NCBI RefSeq assembly: GCF_009914755.1
Contig: NC_060936.1
Strand: one strand, 5' to 3'
Source of the DNA: the human T2T-CHM13v2.0 reference genome, Homo sapiens
Length of the DNA: 64,000 nucleotides
Part shown: piece by piece, positions 30,801 to 63,615 of the stretch
Layout: each line of letters starts with the position of its first letter
How positions within the stretch are numbered: the first letter of the stretch is position 1
Notes under the pieces: generated by a model
The model's database searches: none
Seen by the model: only the letters and a program-made list of their open reading frames with translations
What the model was told of the DNA's origin: nothing
Program-made: the position numbers and the translations under genes

Positions 30801-32869
30801 TAGAATCTGGGGCCCAAAGCAATTACATTAGTTATGGAAACTGTTCCAAGAGCATAGACAGGAAGCAAAAATGCTAGAAATTGTCCTCAATGTGCATGCA
30901 TTATAGACATTCTGTCCCTTCCTTTTCTGGATTTGACAGTCTCAGATGACTCCCTTGGTTACTTACATCCCAAAGAGAGATCTTGGTTTACTGTACTATA
31001 CACACAGAGAATGTTCTCTCATTCTGTACCACTCAAAGTTAGTGTGTGGTCTTCAAGACAAACTCCTCTCCATGTCCCAAAACATGGAGGCTAAACTCAC
31101 CTCCTAAAGAATTCCCAGAAGTATAACCTAAGTCATGAGATGTTCTCGGCCAAGGAAGCACCCACAGGCAGGGGGGAGATCTCTCAAATTTGATGGAGAA
31201 TAGAAATTACAGTAAGAACTCCTCAAACAGAAGCAGAATCTCACCAAACATACTTCACAGGAGCAGTCCAAGAGTAAATGCAACAAAAATGAAACCACAA
31301 AGTCACCTAAATGGAAATTATTTGACTAATTACAATAGAACTAATACCCAGAAGCTCATTCTCCTTGATTAAGTGAATTTCTTTTAGTCTAAAAAGATAG
31401 AGAATAACTCCTCAGAGAGGCTATGGTAGCAGATTACACCTGACTCATTCCCCATTTGAAGAATCACTTTTCCATTTCCCTCTAAGGTGCAAAGGAGGTA
31501 AAGCAAAGATAGACACAAAGTCATGGGAGCCACAAGACTCTTGTCCTGCCACTGAGCTAGCTAAGCAATCTAGCTCTCGACTTAAGGCAGAAAATTCAAT
31601 GAGTAGGTAGCAGCCAGTGTTGGAAGCAGTCCAGGATGGTGGCACCAATGACAAGATTAAGGTCAGAGACCTCGTGATGCCCCGCTAGCCACCACGATTT
31701 TTCTGTTGCCTTCTGTTCATCCCACGTAGATACTATCTGGAAGCCCCCTCCCCAAAATGAAAACAACTGGAATTCTACGGCTTGCCCAAAATGCATAGAA
31801 CACTCATATCTGGTTAAAACCATAGAAATCAAAAAGAAAAAGTGAAATGGCTATGAAGTATTTGCAAGGCCAATTTCACTTACTACTTGTTGGGAGTTGG
31901 AAACACTCAACAGTAAAATATCTAGGGATAATTACAACCCTTATGTAACACAAGTAAATCTTTCCCTTTTTTGTCACTTAGAGAAGCAACATAAATACAT
32001 CTAGGACCAGGCCAGGGTAGTAATCAGAAAGAAAAATCTGTATCAGACATATTGAGGTCTTGACAGAGAAGTACTTCGTTTGTTTAGCCGTAGTTTTCCC
32101 TCAAGATCATGCGAAGGGGGTGATGTTGAAGACTGCTGGAGACTAAACTGTGTGTGTTGGAGGAAAGGGGGAAAGCTCAGCTCTCCCTATTTCTCCTCCA
32201 ACTATTTGGTAAGACTCGGTGATAGAAAAACATCTCCTATACGAATGGCCTTGGTATGAACAGCCGCTTGGGATGACAGGCCACTATCCCACTACCCCTT
32301 GAGTCTTTCTGAGCTGCTCACCTGGTGCCAGAGAACTGGCAGATAAGTTTCTGCAGCTTTGCTCACTGCCATGAGGGGGGCTAGACATCACACTTTGGGT
32401 GAGGGGTAAACAAATCCAGAGATTGTAGGGCAACATAAGTTACCAACTGGCAGTTGCACCCATGACTGTCTTTCCTGAGGCGCTGAGTAGTGATTTAGCC
32501 AGATGACAGAAATACCTTTCGAGTCCCCTGCCCAGTTGTCTCCATCCACCACCCCCAGCCCCCGCCCTCTCCGAGTCTCCACTATACCAAAACCAGAATG
32601 AGGCGCCACTCAGACGAGAGGAGAGGGTGCAATGATTGTGGGACCCCTGCGCCCCTGCCCCGCCCGTGGGGTGCTAGCTGTGGCTGGTGCGAGAATGGGG
32701 TGCTGGCCCCCCTCCCTGGGGGTGGCCCGGTCCGGAGGCGGCGCGCGGTGGTAGTTCCCCGCGTTGCTGCAGCTGCTGCATTGCGCCATTTTCCGTCCCG
32801 CAGAATCGGGAGCTTGGGGCGAGAGTTGTCAAGGAGGTGCCGAGCCCCCACACCAGAGTCAACTCACAT
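26854..32869 (-). CDS. VAMP1: Vesicle-associated membrane protein 1 (synaptobrevin-1), isoform 1A, 118 aa
   Basis: Coding exons 32869-32868 (AT), 28689-28563, 28338-28180, 27325-27274, 26870-26854 total 357 nt. [11 protein letters not shown]..., R-SNARE motif [23 protein letters not shown]-terminal TM ending IYFFT. Confidence 0.98.
27743..27840. repeat. Compound (TA)n/(TG)n microsatellite in VAMP1 intron 3
   Basis: TATATA... followed by ~15 GT units. Confidence 0.95.
29167..30581 (+). mobile_element. THE1 (MaLR) 5' LTR (29167-29518) plus partial THE1 internal sequence; no 3' LTR
   Basis: LTR begins TGATATGGTTTGGCTGTGTCCCCACCCAAATCTC and ends GACTAATACA; internal part begins GTAAATTGGTACCAG. 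Lies in VAMP1 intron 1, antisense to VAMP1. Confidence 0.9.
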
Positions 32870-33480
32870 TTTTCTGACAGAGAGAGTGAGGGTCTGTTCC
32901 TCTCCGGAGGCTGCGGCGAGACACCCGGCGAGGGACGCTGCGGCTGAAGTGGACGGAACTGCCAAGCTCCGCCTCGCGCCGACTACCCCGCGGTCTAGCT
33001 GCGCTGGAACTTACTGCAGCTGCCGCGCCGGCCTCCGCCTTTATTAGTGCTGACCACGCCTCCCGGATAACGGTGACAACCCCGCGGCCCAATCCATGCC
33101 CAGGACGGTCGCCCAGCGCTACAGGCCTAGCCCGCCCCGCCCCTGCCAATTGCCAGTCACAACTCTCCTCTCATCCGACTCCGGAAAGGAGCGGTTGCTG
33201 TGAGGATCCTTCAGTGATCAATGCGACCATAGTTTGCGCTCCAGTCTGGCGGAGGGACGGGGCGGGGTGGAGATGAGGTCTGTCCCTTCGGAGGGCGCTT
33301 CAGCAGTTTGTTAGGAATTTGTGGTGCCTCCCAACCAATCGCTAGGCAGTTACTGAAGACCGTGCCCGCCCCTGCCCCACCCCGCGCCGGGACTCGCGCA
33401 TTCAGCTGGAGGCGGCGGCTCCCTGGTGCGCGCCCAGCCCTGGTGCCCTGCTCTGGCCCTCGCTCCGCACCACCGCCCCG
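32640..33480 (-). promoter_or_regulatory. VAMP1 CpG-island promoter and exon 1
   Basis: High GC/CpG, several GC boxes (CCCCGCCC), TATA-like TAATAAA at 33046-33040 on the - strand upstream of exon 1. Confidence 0.8.
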
Positions 33481-33883
33481 CCTCTAACTAACGCTCTGAG
33501 AGGGTGCAGGAGCCTCGAGACACAGCCACAAGCTCCTGGTGCCAGATACCGGATGCGGGGTTCCGTCCCACCAAAGCAAGCACGAAGCTTTCGTTCATTC
33601 GTTTCTTTCAACATAGCCTTCCTAAATTGAACTCCCTCCCAAACCTGCTCCAGTCGAGGTTACCACATCGACTCAGTTGCCCAGACCAGAAACGTGGAAA
33701 CCATCCTAGATTTCCTCCCCTTCACCTTTACCTCTCCCCCAGTAATCTGCCAAATCGAGTTGATTTTTCCTTCTTGGCATTCCAGTGATTATCTCCCCTC
33801 TGCTCACTATTATCCCTTTCCTGGACTCCATCAGTTGGAAAATTCACCATTATTTTATGTCCCGCTAAGAAAAAAGGTTACAA

Positions 33884-36118
<2,235 letters not shown>

Positions 36119-36119
36119 T

Positions 36120-37158
36120 TAAACTTTTTATTTTAAAGTAATTATAGATTCATATAAGGTGGCCAAAAAAAAAAATACAATACAGGGAGGTTCCCCTAAA
36201 CCCCTTTACCCAGTTCCCCCAACAGTAACATCTTGTATAAATACAGTTTAAAATTATTAAAATATTAAAACCAGGAAATTAACATTAGCAAAATCCAGAG
36301 TTTATTCAAATTTCACCGATTTTCCAAACTGGCATGTACCACCAAACACTTCTTTTTGTGTTCGTGTGTGTTTGAGTGGTTTTATGCAATTGTATCATGT
36401 GTAGATTTGTGTAACCACAACCACAGTTAGGATACAGCATTTTCACATTACTGCAAGGCTCCCATGTGCTACCCCTTTATATTCCAACCCACCGCCATCC
36501 CTAAACCTTAGCAACACTAATTTGTTCTCCATCTCTGTAACTTTATTTCAAGAGCCTTATGTAAATGTAATCATGCTTTTTTCTACATCACGTAACCTTT
36601 CAAGATTGGCTTTTTTCATTCATCCAAGTTATTGTGTGTATCATTACTTTTTCAACCATCCAAGTTATTGTGTGTATCATTAGTTTTCACCACTGATTAA
36701 TATTCCGTGGTACATTTAACCATTTACCTGCTGAAGGACATTTGGAGTGATTTCAGCACTGGGCTATTACAAATAAAGTTGCTGTGAACTTTCATACAGG
36801 TTTTGTGTGAACATAAATTCTCATTTCTCTGGGATAAATGCCTGAGTGCAATGCTTGGGCAGTAAGGTAATTGCATCTCTAGTTTTATAAGAAACTGCCT
36901 TTGCCTGTGTTGCCCAGGCTGGTCTTAAACTCCTGAGCTCAAGCAATTCTCCCACTTCAGCTTCCCAAGTAGCTAGGACTATAGGCATCATGCCCAGCTG
37001 TATTTTTCTTATTTTAACCATTCTAATATGTGTTCAGTGCTATCATTGTGGTTTTAATTCTTATTTCACTGATGGCTAATGATATCAAATATCTTTTAAA
37101 GTGTTTGCCTTGTATATATTATCCTATTTGATGAAATGTTGGTTCATGTCTTTTGGCC
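36120..37158 (-). mobile_element. Old L1 (L1M-type) 3' fragment, interrupted by an Alu monomer at ~36905-37000
   Basis: AT-rich sequence with L1M 3' motifs in reverse (catttacctgctgaaggacatttgg; ttctcatttctctgggataaatgcct). Confidence 0.7.
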
Positions 37159-37159
37159 A

Positions 37160-38529
37160 TTTTCTTTTTTTTTTTATTGATCATTCTTGGGTGTTTCTCG
37201 CAGAGGGGAATTTGGCAGGGTCATAGGACAATAGTGGAGGGAAGGTCAGCAGATAAACAAGTGAACAAAGGTCTCTGGTTTTCCTAGGCAGAGGACCCTG
37301 CGGCCTTCCGCAGTGTTTGTGTCCCTGGGTACTTGAGATTAGGAAGTGGTGATGACTCTTAAGGAGCATGCTGCCTTCAAGCATCTGTTTAACAAAGCAC
37401 ATCTTGCACCGCCCTTAATCCATTTAACCCTGAGTGGACACAGCACATGCCGCAGAGAGCACAGGGCTGGGGGCAAGGTCACAGCTCAACAGCATCCCAA
37501 GGCAGAAGAACCCCTCCCAGTACAGAACAAAATGAAGTCTCCCAAGTCTACTTCTTTCTACACAGACACAGCAACAATCTGATTTCTCTATCTTTTCCCC
37601 ACCTTTCCCCCTTTTCTATTCCACAAAACCGCCATCGTCATAATGGCCCGTTCTCAATGAGTTGTTGGGTACACCTCCCAGACGGGGTGGTGGCCGGGTA
37701 GAGGGGCTCCTCACTTCCCAGAAGGGGTGGCCGGGCAGAGGCGACCCCCACCTCCCTCCCGGACGGGGCGGCTGGCCGGGCGGGGGCTGACCCCCCACCT
37801 CCCTCCCGGACGGGGTGGCTGCCAGGCAGAGACGCTCCTCACCTCCTAGACGGGGTCACGGCCGGGCAGAGGCGCTCCCCACATCTCAGACGATGGGCGG
37901 CCGGGCAGAGACGCTCCTCACTTCCTAGACGGGATGGCGGCCGGGAAGAGGTGCTCCTCACTTCCCAGACTGGGCAGCCGGGCAGAGGGGCTCCTCACAT
38001 CCCAGATGATGGGCGGCCAGGCGGAGACGCTCCTCACTTCTCAGACAGGGTGGCTGCCGGGCGGAGGGGCTCCTCACTTCTCAGATGGGGCAGCTGCCGG
38101 GCGGAGGGGCTCCTCACTTCTCAGACGGGGCAGCCAGGCAGAGACGCTCCTCACCTCCTAGACGGGGTCATGGCCAGGCAGAGGCGCTCCCCAAATCTCA
38201 GACGATGGGCGGCCGGGCAGAGACGCTCCTCACTTCCTAGACGGGATGGCGGCCGGGAAGAGGTGCTCCTCACTTCCCAGACTGGGCAGCCGGGCAGAGG
38301 GGCTCCTCACATCCCAGACGATGGGCGGCCAGGCGGAGACGCTCCTCACTTCCCAGACGGGGTGGCGGCTGGGCAGAGGCTGCAATCTCGGCACTTTGGG
38401 AGGCCAAGGCAGGCGGCTGGGAGGTGGAGGTTGTAGCTAGCCGAGATCATGCCACTGCACTCCAGCCTGGGCAACATTGAGCACTGAGTGAACGAGACTT
38501 GGTCTGCAATCCCGGCACCTCGCGAGGCC
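37160..38529 (-). mobile_element. SVA retrotransposon (older B/C-like), 5'-truncated: poly(A), SINE-R, VNTR, partial Alu-like domain
   Basis: T-tract then tttattgatcattcttgggtgtttctcgcagagg (SINE-R 3' end in reverse); GC-rich VNTR at ~37680-38375; Alu-like domain at ~38375-38529; no CCCTCT hexamer. Confidence 0.95.
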
Positions 38530-39481
38530 TTCTGAGTAGCTGGTACTACGGGCGCCTGCCACCATGCCTGGCTAATTTTTGTATTTTTAGTAGAGACGGG
38601 GTTTCACCATATTGGCCAGGCTGATCTCGAACTCCTGACCTCAGATGATCTGCCAGCCTCAGCCTCCCAAAGTGCGGGATTACAGGAGCGAGTCTTGTAT
38701 TTCTTTTAAAATCAATCTCACACACACCCTTTTTTCTCCCTCTCCCTCACATATCCTGTTTTCTCTTTTTAGACATCGGACTATTAATTAGACATTGGAC
38801 TATTTGGCTTAATTTTCTAATTATCTTTCTTATTTCCTGTCTCCATCTCTGCTGGTTCTTGTTCTTGGTGCCTTGTTCCTTATTTGTTTGGAATTTTTGA
38901 CCACAATTTATTTTTCTTGGAACTGTATCTGTGGAAATTCCCCGAGGCCTAGATTAAAGATGAGTTCATCCAGAAAGGATCTGCATTGCTTCTGCTGGGT
39001 TCTTGGTGGTACTGTCAATCCAAAACCACTTTAAATTCTTGCCATTTTCTTTTTAGGATCAACAAAGAGTTCAGGCAGAAACACCACAGCCTGTGGTTAT
39101 ACATTCTCTGCAAATACTTAAAAGAAAAAAATAAAAGAACTCCAGCAGGCACCTGGGTTCCAGACAAACAACATTCCACGGAGTGCTCTGGGGCAGTTTG
39201 GGTTCTAGTATATTCGTAATTCATTCTTAGATGAGGATATAGTCCTTTGGGGTTCTGACTTTATGGTAAGGACTTTCTATTAGATTTCCAACCTTGGGTA
39301 AGCCCTGGGCTTTATTTCGTGTGCCACAGTGGTAGCCTGTGAGGCTGCTACGCTCATATTAAACTTTATAGCAAATACCCTCAGAGCAAAATAGTCTTTG
39401 GGACTCAGCAACTTCCCTGGTTACTGGCTTTCACTTAGTTTTTCGTGTTTAAATAGTCTTTACTCTCAGGCCAACTCATAA

Positions 39482-44543
<5,062 letters not shown>

Positions 44544-44556
44544 AAGATTCCTATCT

Positions 44557-53950
<9,394 letters not shown>

Positions 53951-54517
53951 TGTAATTCTTAAAAATTATTATTAAAAAAGAACAAAACACATAGATGCCC
54001 TAGACTCAACTCAGCTCTACTGATCAATCTTTAGGGGTTAGGACTAGGCTTTTGAAATGTTAAAACACCCAGAAAACTGATGACCAGTCAGGCTTAGTAT
54101 CCGCCATCTCTACCATTCATATGGTACTTAATGTTTCATATTTAAATGGAAAGGACACCTCACACTTTTTTGTTTTTCCTATAGTTCCTACTCAGAGAAT
54201 ATGCCTAATAAATATTTTATGAGAGTAGTACAGAAGTATGACTCCATTTTTCTCTTATATTTCATTTCAGTGTGGAAGGCTCTTTAGAAACACTATTAAC
54301 ATAACAGCATTATGTCAAAAAGCGCCAATAACATTCTCACCAACTTTTCTTTTTAAAGGAATTAGGTATAGCTAGACTGTAAAAGGCAAGTGGTGTGAAG
54401 CCCAAACCTAAGATCCTAAGATCTAGGATGAGTCAAGACTTCATAGTCTACATGAGTAGAGGCAGCATCTAGAGGAAAACAAAAGTATGTGGCTATCAAA
54501 TTCCAAAGAAGCCCCAT

Positions 54518-54523
54518 TTTATT
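54518..54523 (-). terminator. MRPL51 polyadenylation signal AATAAA
   Basis: TTTATT on the + strand, ~100 nt past the MRPL51 stop. Confidence 0.75.
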
Positions 54524-54621
54524 ACAGAGAAAATACAAAGCCGTTTCCTCACAGGGAAAAGTACAGTTTCCCTTCTCCAGGGTGACAGATGAGCCTTTTC
54601 CGAAGTTCTCAGCTTTCTCTT

Positions 54622-55505
<884 letters not shown>

Positions 55506-55579
55506 TCAACAGCACACCAAATAAGCCCAAGAAGATGACAGGAACCGTCCCCGCCAACTTCACACGAGTACTAAGGCGA

Positions 55580-56430
55580 AGACAGCCATCTTGGGCCTTA
55601 CCCAGGCAGCTGTGGGCGCACCGCCCACCTACGCCCCATCCGCAACAGCCACGAGCCCCGCCCCCCGGGTTCCGGCAGGAGGGGCCTCTACCACCCTTCC
55701 CGCCTCAGTGCTTCCGGTCCGCCTGCCGGAAGTTTTGGAGCGCCGGACAAGCTGAGGTCCGCGACTCGTCGCTAAGATTCCCCAAAACTGAGATTTCAAG
55801 AAAATTCACCCTTTCCGCTTTCTTTGGCGTCCTTCAACCGTGAAGGAAATGAAGGTTGAGAACCTGGAACCCGCTTCCAATGACCAAGCCCTTTCTCTGT
55901 GCCTCACAACAGTCTTCCGCTGTAGCTGTTTTTATTACCCCTATTTTACTACTGGGGAGGAGATTTGAGGTCCTGAAAGTGAAGTGACTTGCTGGACGTC
56001 ACTTAGCAGAGGAGATGGCGAAACCTGGATTAGAGGCGATGCCTTCTAACTCCCAGCGTGGACTTGCCTCCTTTCCTGGGGGTGACTGAATGCCCAGCCA
56101 GGGACGCGACGTCTCTGGCCAGCAGAAATACGGCCTCCTCCCCGCCGACTGGGCAAAGGGGGACCTTGCGGCCAAGGAGGGATTCGCAGGCGGGCCGGGG
56201 GTGGGAGCGGGGGCCGGAGCCGGAGCCTTGGCCCGCCCCCGGGCGGCGCTGTGATTGGCCGGCCGCTCCGGCGGGCGTCGCGATTGGCCGTCCTGCAGCC
56301 GTTGAGATTTGAACTCGGTATTTGTGGCTTTGCCCGCGCGTTGCCAGACTCAGAGGCGGCCCTTTGCCTCTGCCTGCCGGGGATTGGCCGGATTCTCCGC
56401 CGACTTGAAAACTGCCTTGCTAATTGGTGC
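55580..56430. promoter_or_regulatory. Divergent CpG-island promoter region shared by MRPL51 and NCAPD2
   Basis: YY1 core GCCATCTT at 55585-55592; E2F-like TTCCCGCC at 55697-55704; ETS CCGGAAGT at 55726-55733; GC boxes; inverted CCAAT (ATTGG) at 56254, 56283, 56383 and 56423; CHR TTTGAA at 56308-56313. Confidence 0.82.
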
Positions 56431-56639
56431 GTGTTGTGCACGCGTGTTTTTTCCTTTTCATTTCAGCCTGACTGCCGGAATCAGAGCCGCGGGTGAGATC
56501 CCCAGGTAAGATGTGGTGTTGCAGGTCGTAAAAGAGTAGGAAAGTCGAGTACATGGCAGTGTGACCCAGTCTTGGGCAAAATACAATAGGCCTAGTAAGT
56601 ATATCCCTGGGGCGCGATGTGTGAGAAACTGTAAGTCTG

Positions 56640-56752
56640 ACAGATCCGCAACGGAAGTTGTTAAGCAAATCGCTTAACAGATCCGCAACGGAAGATGTTA
56701 AGCAAATCGCTTAACAGATCCGCAACGGAAGATGTTAAGCAAATCGCTTAAC
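56640..56752. repeat. 37-bp tandem repeat, 3 copies, in NCAPD2 intron 1, running into a MIR fragment (~56730-56895)
   Basis: Unit ACAGATCCGCAACGGAAG(T/A)TGTTAAGCAAATCGCTTA starts at 56640, 56677 and 56714. Confidence 0.95.
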
Positions 56753-57227
56753 TTTCTTACTTCAATTTCCGCTCTGTAAACTCATTTGTATTATTATGCA
56801 CCTCATGGGATTGAGGTTAGGATACTTAGATCAGATATGATACATGCAAACAGCCTAACAGACTTGGCACAGGATAAATAAATCATCATTGTTAATGCTC
56901 TTACCATTCTGGTGCAGGAAGCCCACTAGCCCATGCTGGGGCACTGTTTTGGCCTCAGACGAGATCAGACCATTCTCTCTATACTTAAGGAGCTTTGCAC
57001 ATAAAAATGGAAATAATAGTACTTTGCACATTAATATGCCACTTTATAGTTCTTTAAACACCTTCGTACTGCTTGATTTGTTTGATCATCAGAGCAACTT
57101 TGTGAAGTAATCAGAGTTTAGTAACCCTGTTTTTACAGATAAAGCCCAGAGGTTTAAGTGTCAAGACCAAGTGCCAAAGTCACTACTAGAATTAGTTTCT
57201 AGTCCAGGGTCAATCTCAGATCCCGTA

Positions 57228-57373
57228 AGATAATGTTACTAGCTTGCTATAAAACTAAAAACCATTATATATGTTGGGGGTGGGGAACTAACAAAACCAG
57301 ATGATGTTACTAGCTTGCTATAAAACTAAAAGCCATTATATATGTTGGGGATGGGAAAGTAATAGAACCAGAT
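57228..57373. repeat. 71-bp tandem duplication in NCAPD2 intron 1
   Basis: ATGTTACTAGCTTGCTATAAAACTAAAA.CCATTATATATGTTGGGG at 57233 and 57304. Confidence 0.92.
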
Positions 57374-57449
57374 ACGAAGACAGGTCTTGAATATAGACCC
57401 TGACTTTTTCACTGTTTGGTTTCTAGCCCTGTGAGCCTGTAGGAGTAGA

Positions 57450-57576
57450 ATGGCTCCCCAAATGTATGAGTTCCATCTGCCATTATCCCCAGAGGAGTTG
57501 TTGAAAAGTGGAGGGGTGAATCAGTATGTTGTGCAAGAGGTACTGTCCATCAAACATCTTCCACCACAGCTTAGAG
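57450..57576 (+). CDS. NCAPD2: Condensin I subunit D2 (CAP-D2), first coding exon; the gene continues beyond the window
   Basis: Non-coding exon 1 ends at 56505 (CAG|GTAAG). Exon 2 spans 57427-57576 with ATG at 57450, encoding MAPQMYEFHLPLSPEELLKSGGVNQYVVQEVLSIKHLPPQLR; donor GAG|GTAAG. Confidence 0.95.
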
Positions 57577-58399
57577 GTAAGAGTCCATAGCTGTCACTGT
57601 ACCTAGCTCTTTCAAAGGACCATCTCACATGGAATTGCTACATTGTCATTTCTGTTCCACTACACCAGGAAGCATCATAAGAGCAAGAAACATGTTTTTC
57701 CTATTTTGCTGTTTTATCCTAAAATTGCATGGGATGCATGACCCAAAGAGTACATTCATTAACTTCCTTTTCTGGATTAGTCAAAAACAGTCTTGGTGTA
57801 TGTGATTACTCTTTGGGGAAAAGTTATTTTCCATCTTTACCCCTTACTGTGTGTCAAAATTAAGTCCTGGTGGATTTAAGAGTTATAGGAGTGGATCGCT
57901 TTTTCAGAATGTCTCGGACTTAACTCGACCTGTTTTTGGTAATACCTTTTTGGAGTCTTTTTGGATGTGCAATTATGGGGACAAAAACCCATAATATATA
58001 TGTACCACTGCAACACTGAGCAATATATGTACAGTGCAGTCACCTACTGAAACCTGTAAATGATCAAAAGCACCTTTTGCATTACCAGAAAGACTTCATA
58101 ATGTCCTTGTACTTGTTGGGAGCGGTCTTGTAGCAGTTAGCTTGCTTTGGAGAGGTATAGAGATTAAAGACTGGAGCCAGGCTGCCTGGATTTGAATCCT
58201 GGTTCTACCACTCTGACCTTAGACAAGTTACTTAATTGTCTCAGTGCCTTGGTTTCGTCATCTGTAAATATAGAGATAATAACCAATTCCTTTGTTATCA
58301 CCTACAAGAAGAAGGGTTGGTTAATGCAGCAGCTCGACAATATGGTCCTAGCTTGTCTCCTCTTGGCTTTTCTTTCATGGTTGCTAGATTGCAACTTCT

Positions 58400-60560
<2,161 letters not shown>

Positions 60561-60803
60561 CAAGAGTCCTTTTTAAAACAATTGCATTGCTTTGATGATT
60601 TTGGTGTTTAGAATCCTGAATACAACTTCTCCTATAAATAAGATCAAATCATTTAATTCATTTAACAAGTATTTACTGATCATGTGCTGTGTGCCAGACA
60701 TTGTTCTAAGCATTGATAATACAACAGTAAACAAAACAGACAAAATGACAAAGTTCTTCCTTTCAAGGTTCTTAACAAGTAATAAACAAGTAAATATGTA
60801 GTA

Positions 60804-62570
<1,767 letters not shown>

Positions 62571-62659
62571 TCAAGACCAGCTTGGGCAACATAGTCTCTA
62601 AAATTAATTATACAAAGCTTAAAAATAAATAATATAAAGAAGAAGATAGTAGGACCTGT

Positions 62660-63578
62660 CATTTCATGTTGGATCATCAGAGAAGGCTTGCTGTTACGTC
62701 ACGTTTGAGCAGAGACCTTAAGAAAGTAAGGAAATAAACTATGCAGATTGTTAGGGAAGAGCATTCCAAGCAAACAGAAAAGCCTATGCAAAGGCCTTGA
62801 GGTGGGCAAATGCCAATAGAGTTGGAGTGCATTAAGCTAGGAAAAAGAGATTAGGTAGGAAGTGGTACAGATTATTCTAGAATCTTGCTCCTCAAAATGT
62901 GGTCCTCAGATCAGCAGTGTTAATATCAGGATCTCATGATCTGGGAGCTTATTAGAAATGCAGGATGTCAAGGCCCAGGATGTCAAAGCTGCTGAATCAG
63001 GAAATCTGTATTTTAAGAAGATTCCCCCAGGCAATTTGGATGCAATTATAAGCTTGAGAAGCACTGATCTCTAGAGCCTCGTAGATCATGGCAAAAACTT
63101 GAACTTCAGTGTGAATGAACTTGAAAGCCATTGGGTTTTGAGCATGGGAGTGACATGGTCTGACATTTTAAAAGATTCACTGGCGACTGTGTTGAGCAGA
63201 GACTATAAGAGGCAAGGAGAGAAGCAGGGATACTAGTTAAGTGGCTAATACAGTAATACCAAGTAGATTGGACTGGAGGGATAGCAGGGGAAGTGGTGAT
63301 AAAACGACTCAGGATATATTTTCAAAGTAGAGCTTTTACAGGAATGCTGATGGATTGGATTGGATTATAGGGTTAGTAAAGGAATCTGAGATGAGAATGA
63401 TTACAAGGCTTTTTTTTTTTTTTTTTGACAGTCTTGCTCTGTTGGCTCTGTCACCCAGGTTGGCGTGCAGTGGCGTGATCTTGGCTCGCTGCAACCTCTG
63501 CCTCCCAGGTTCAAGCAATTCTCATGCCTCAGCCACCTGAGTATCTAGGATTACAGGTGTGCACCACCACGCCTGGCT

Positions 63579-63615
<37 letters not shown>

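Noticed and set aside
36621-36690. 36-bp local duplication (catccaagttattgtgtgtatcatta x2)
   Set aside because: Ordinary slippage inside a decayed L1 with no sign of function.
37934-38440. Repetitive ORFs in the GC-rich block
   Set aside because: These are translations of the SVA VNTR.
56640-56752. CRISPR-like appearance of the 37-bp palindromic repeats
   Set aside because: The units are head-to-tail with no unique spacers, there are no cas genes, and the context is a primate intron.
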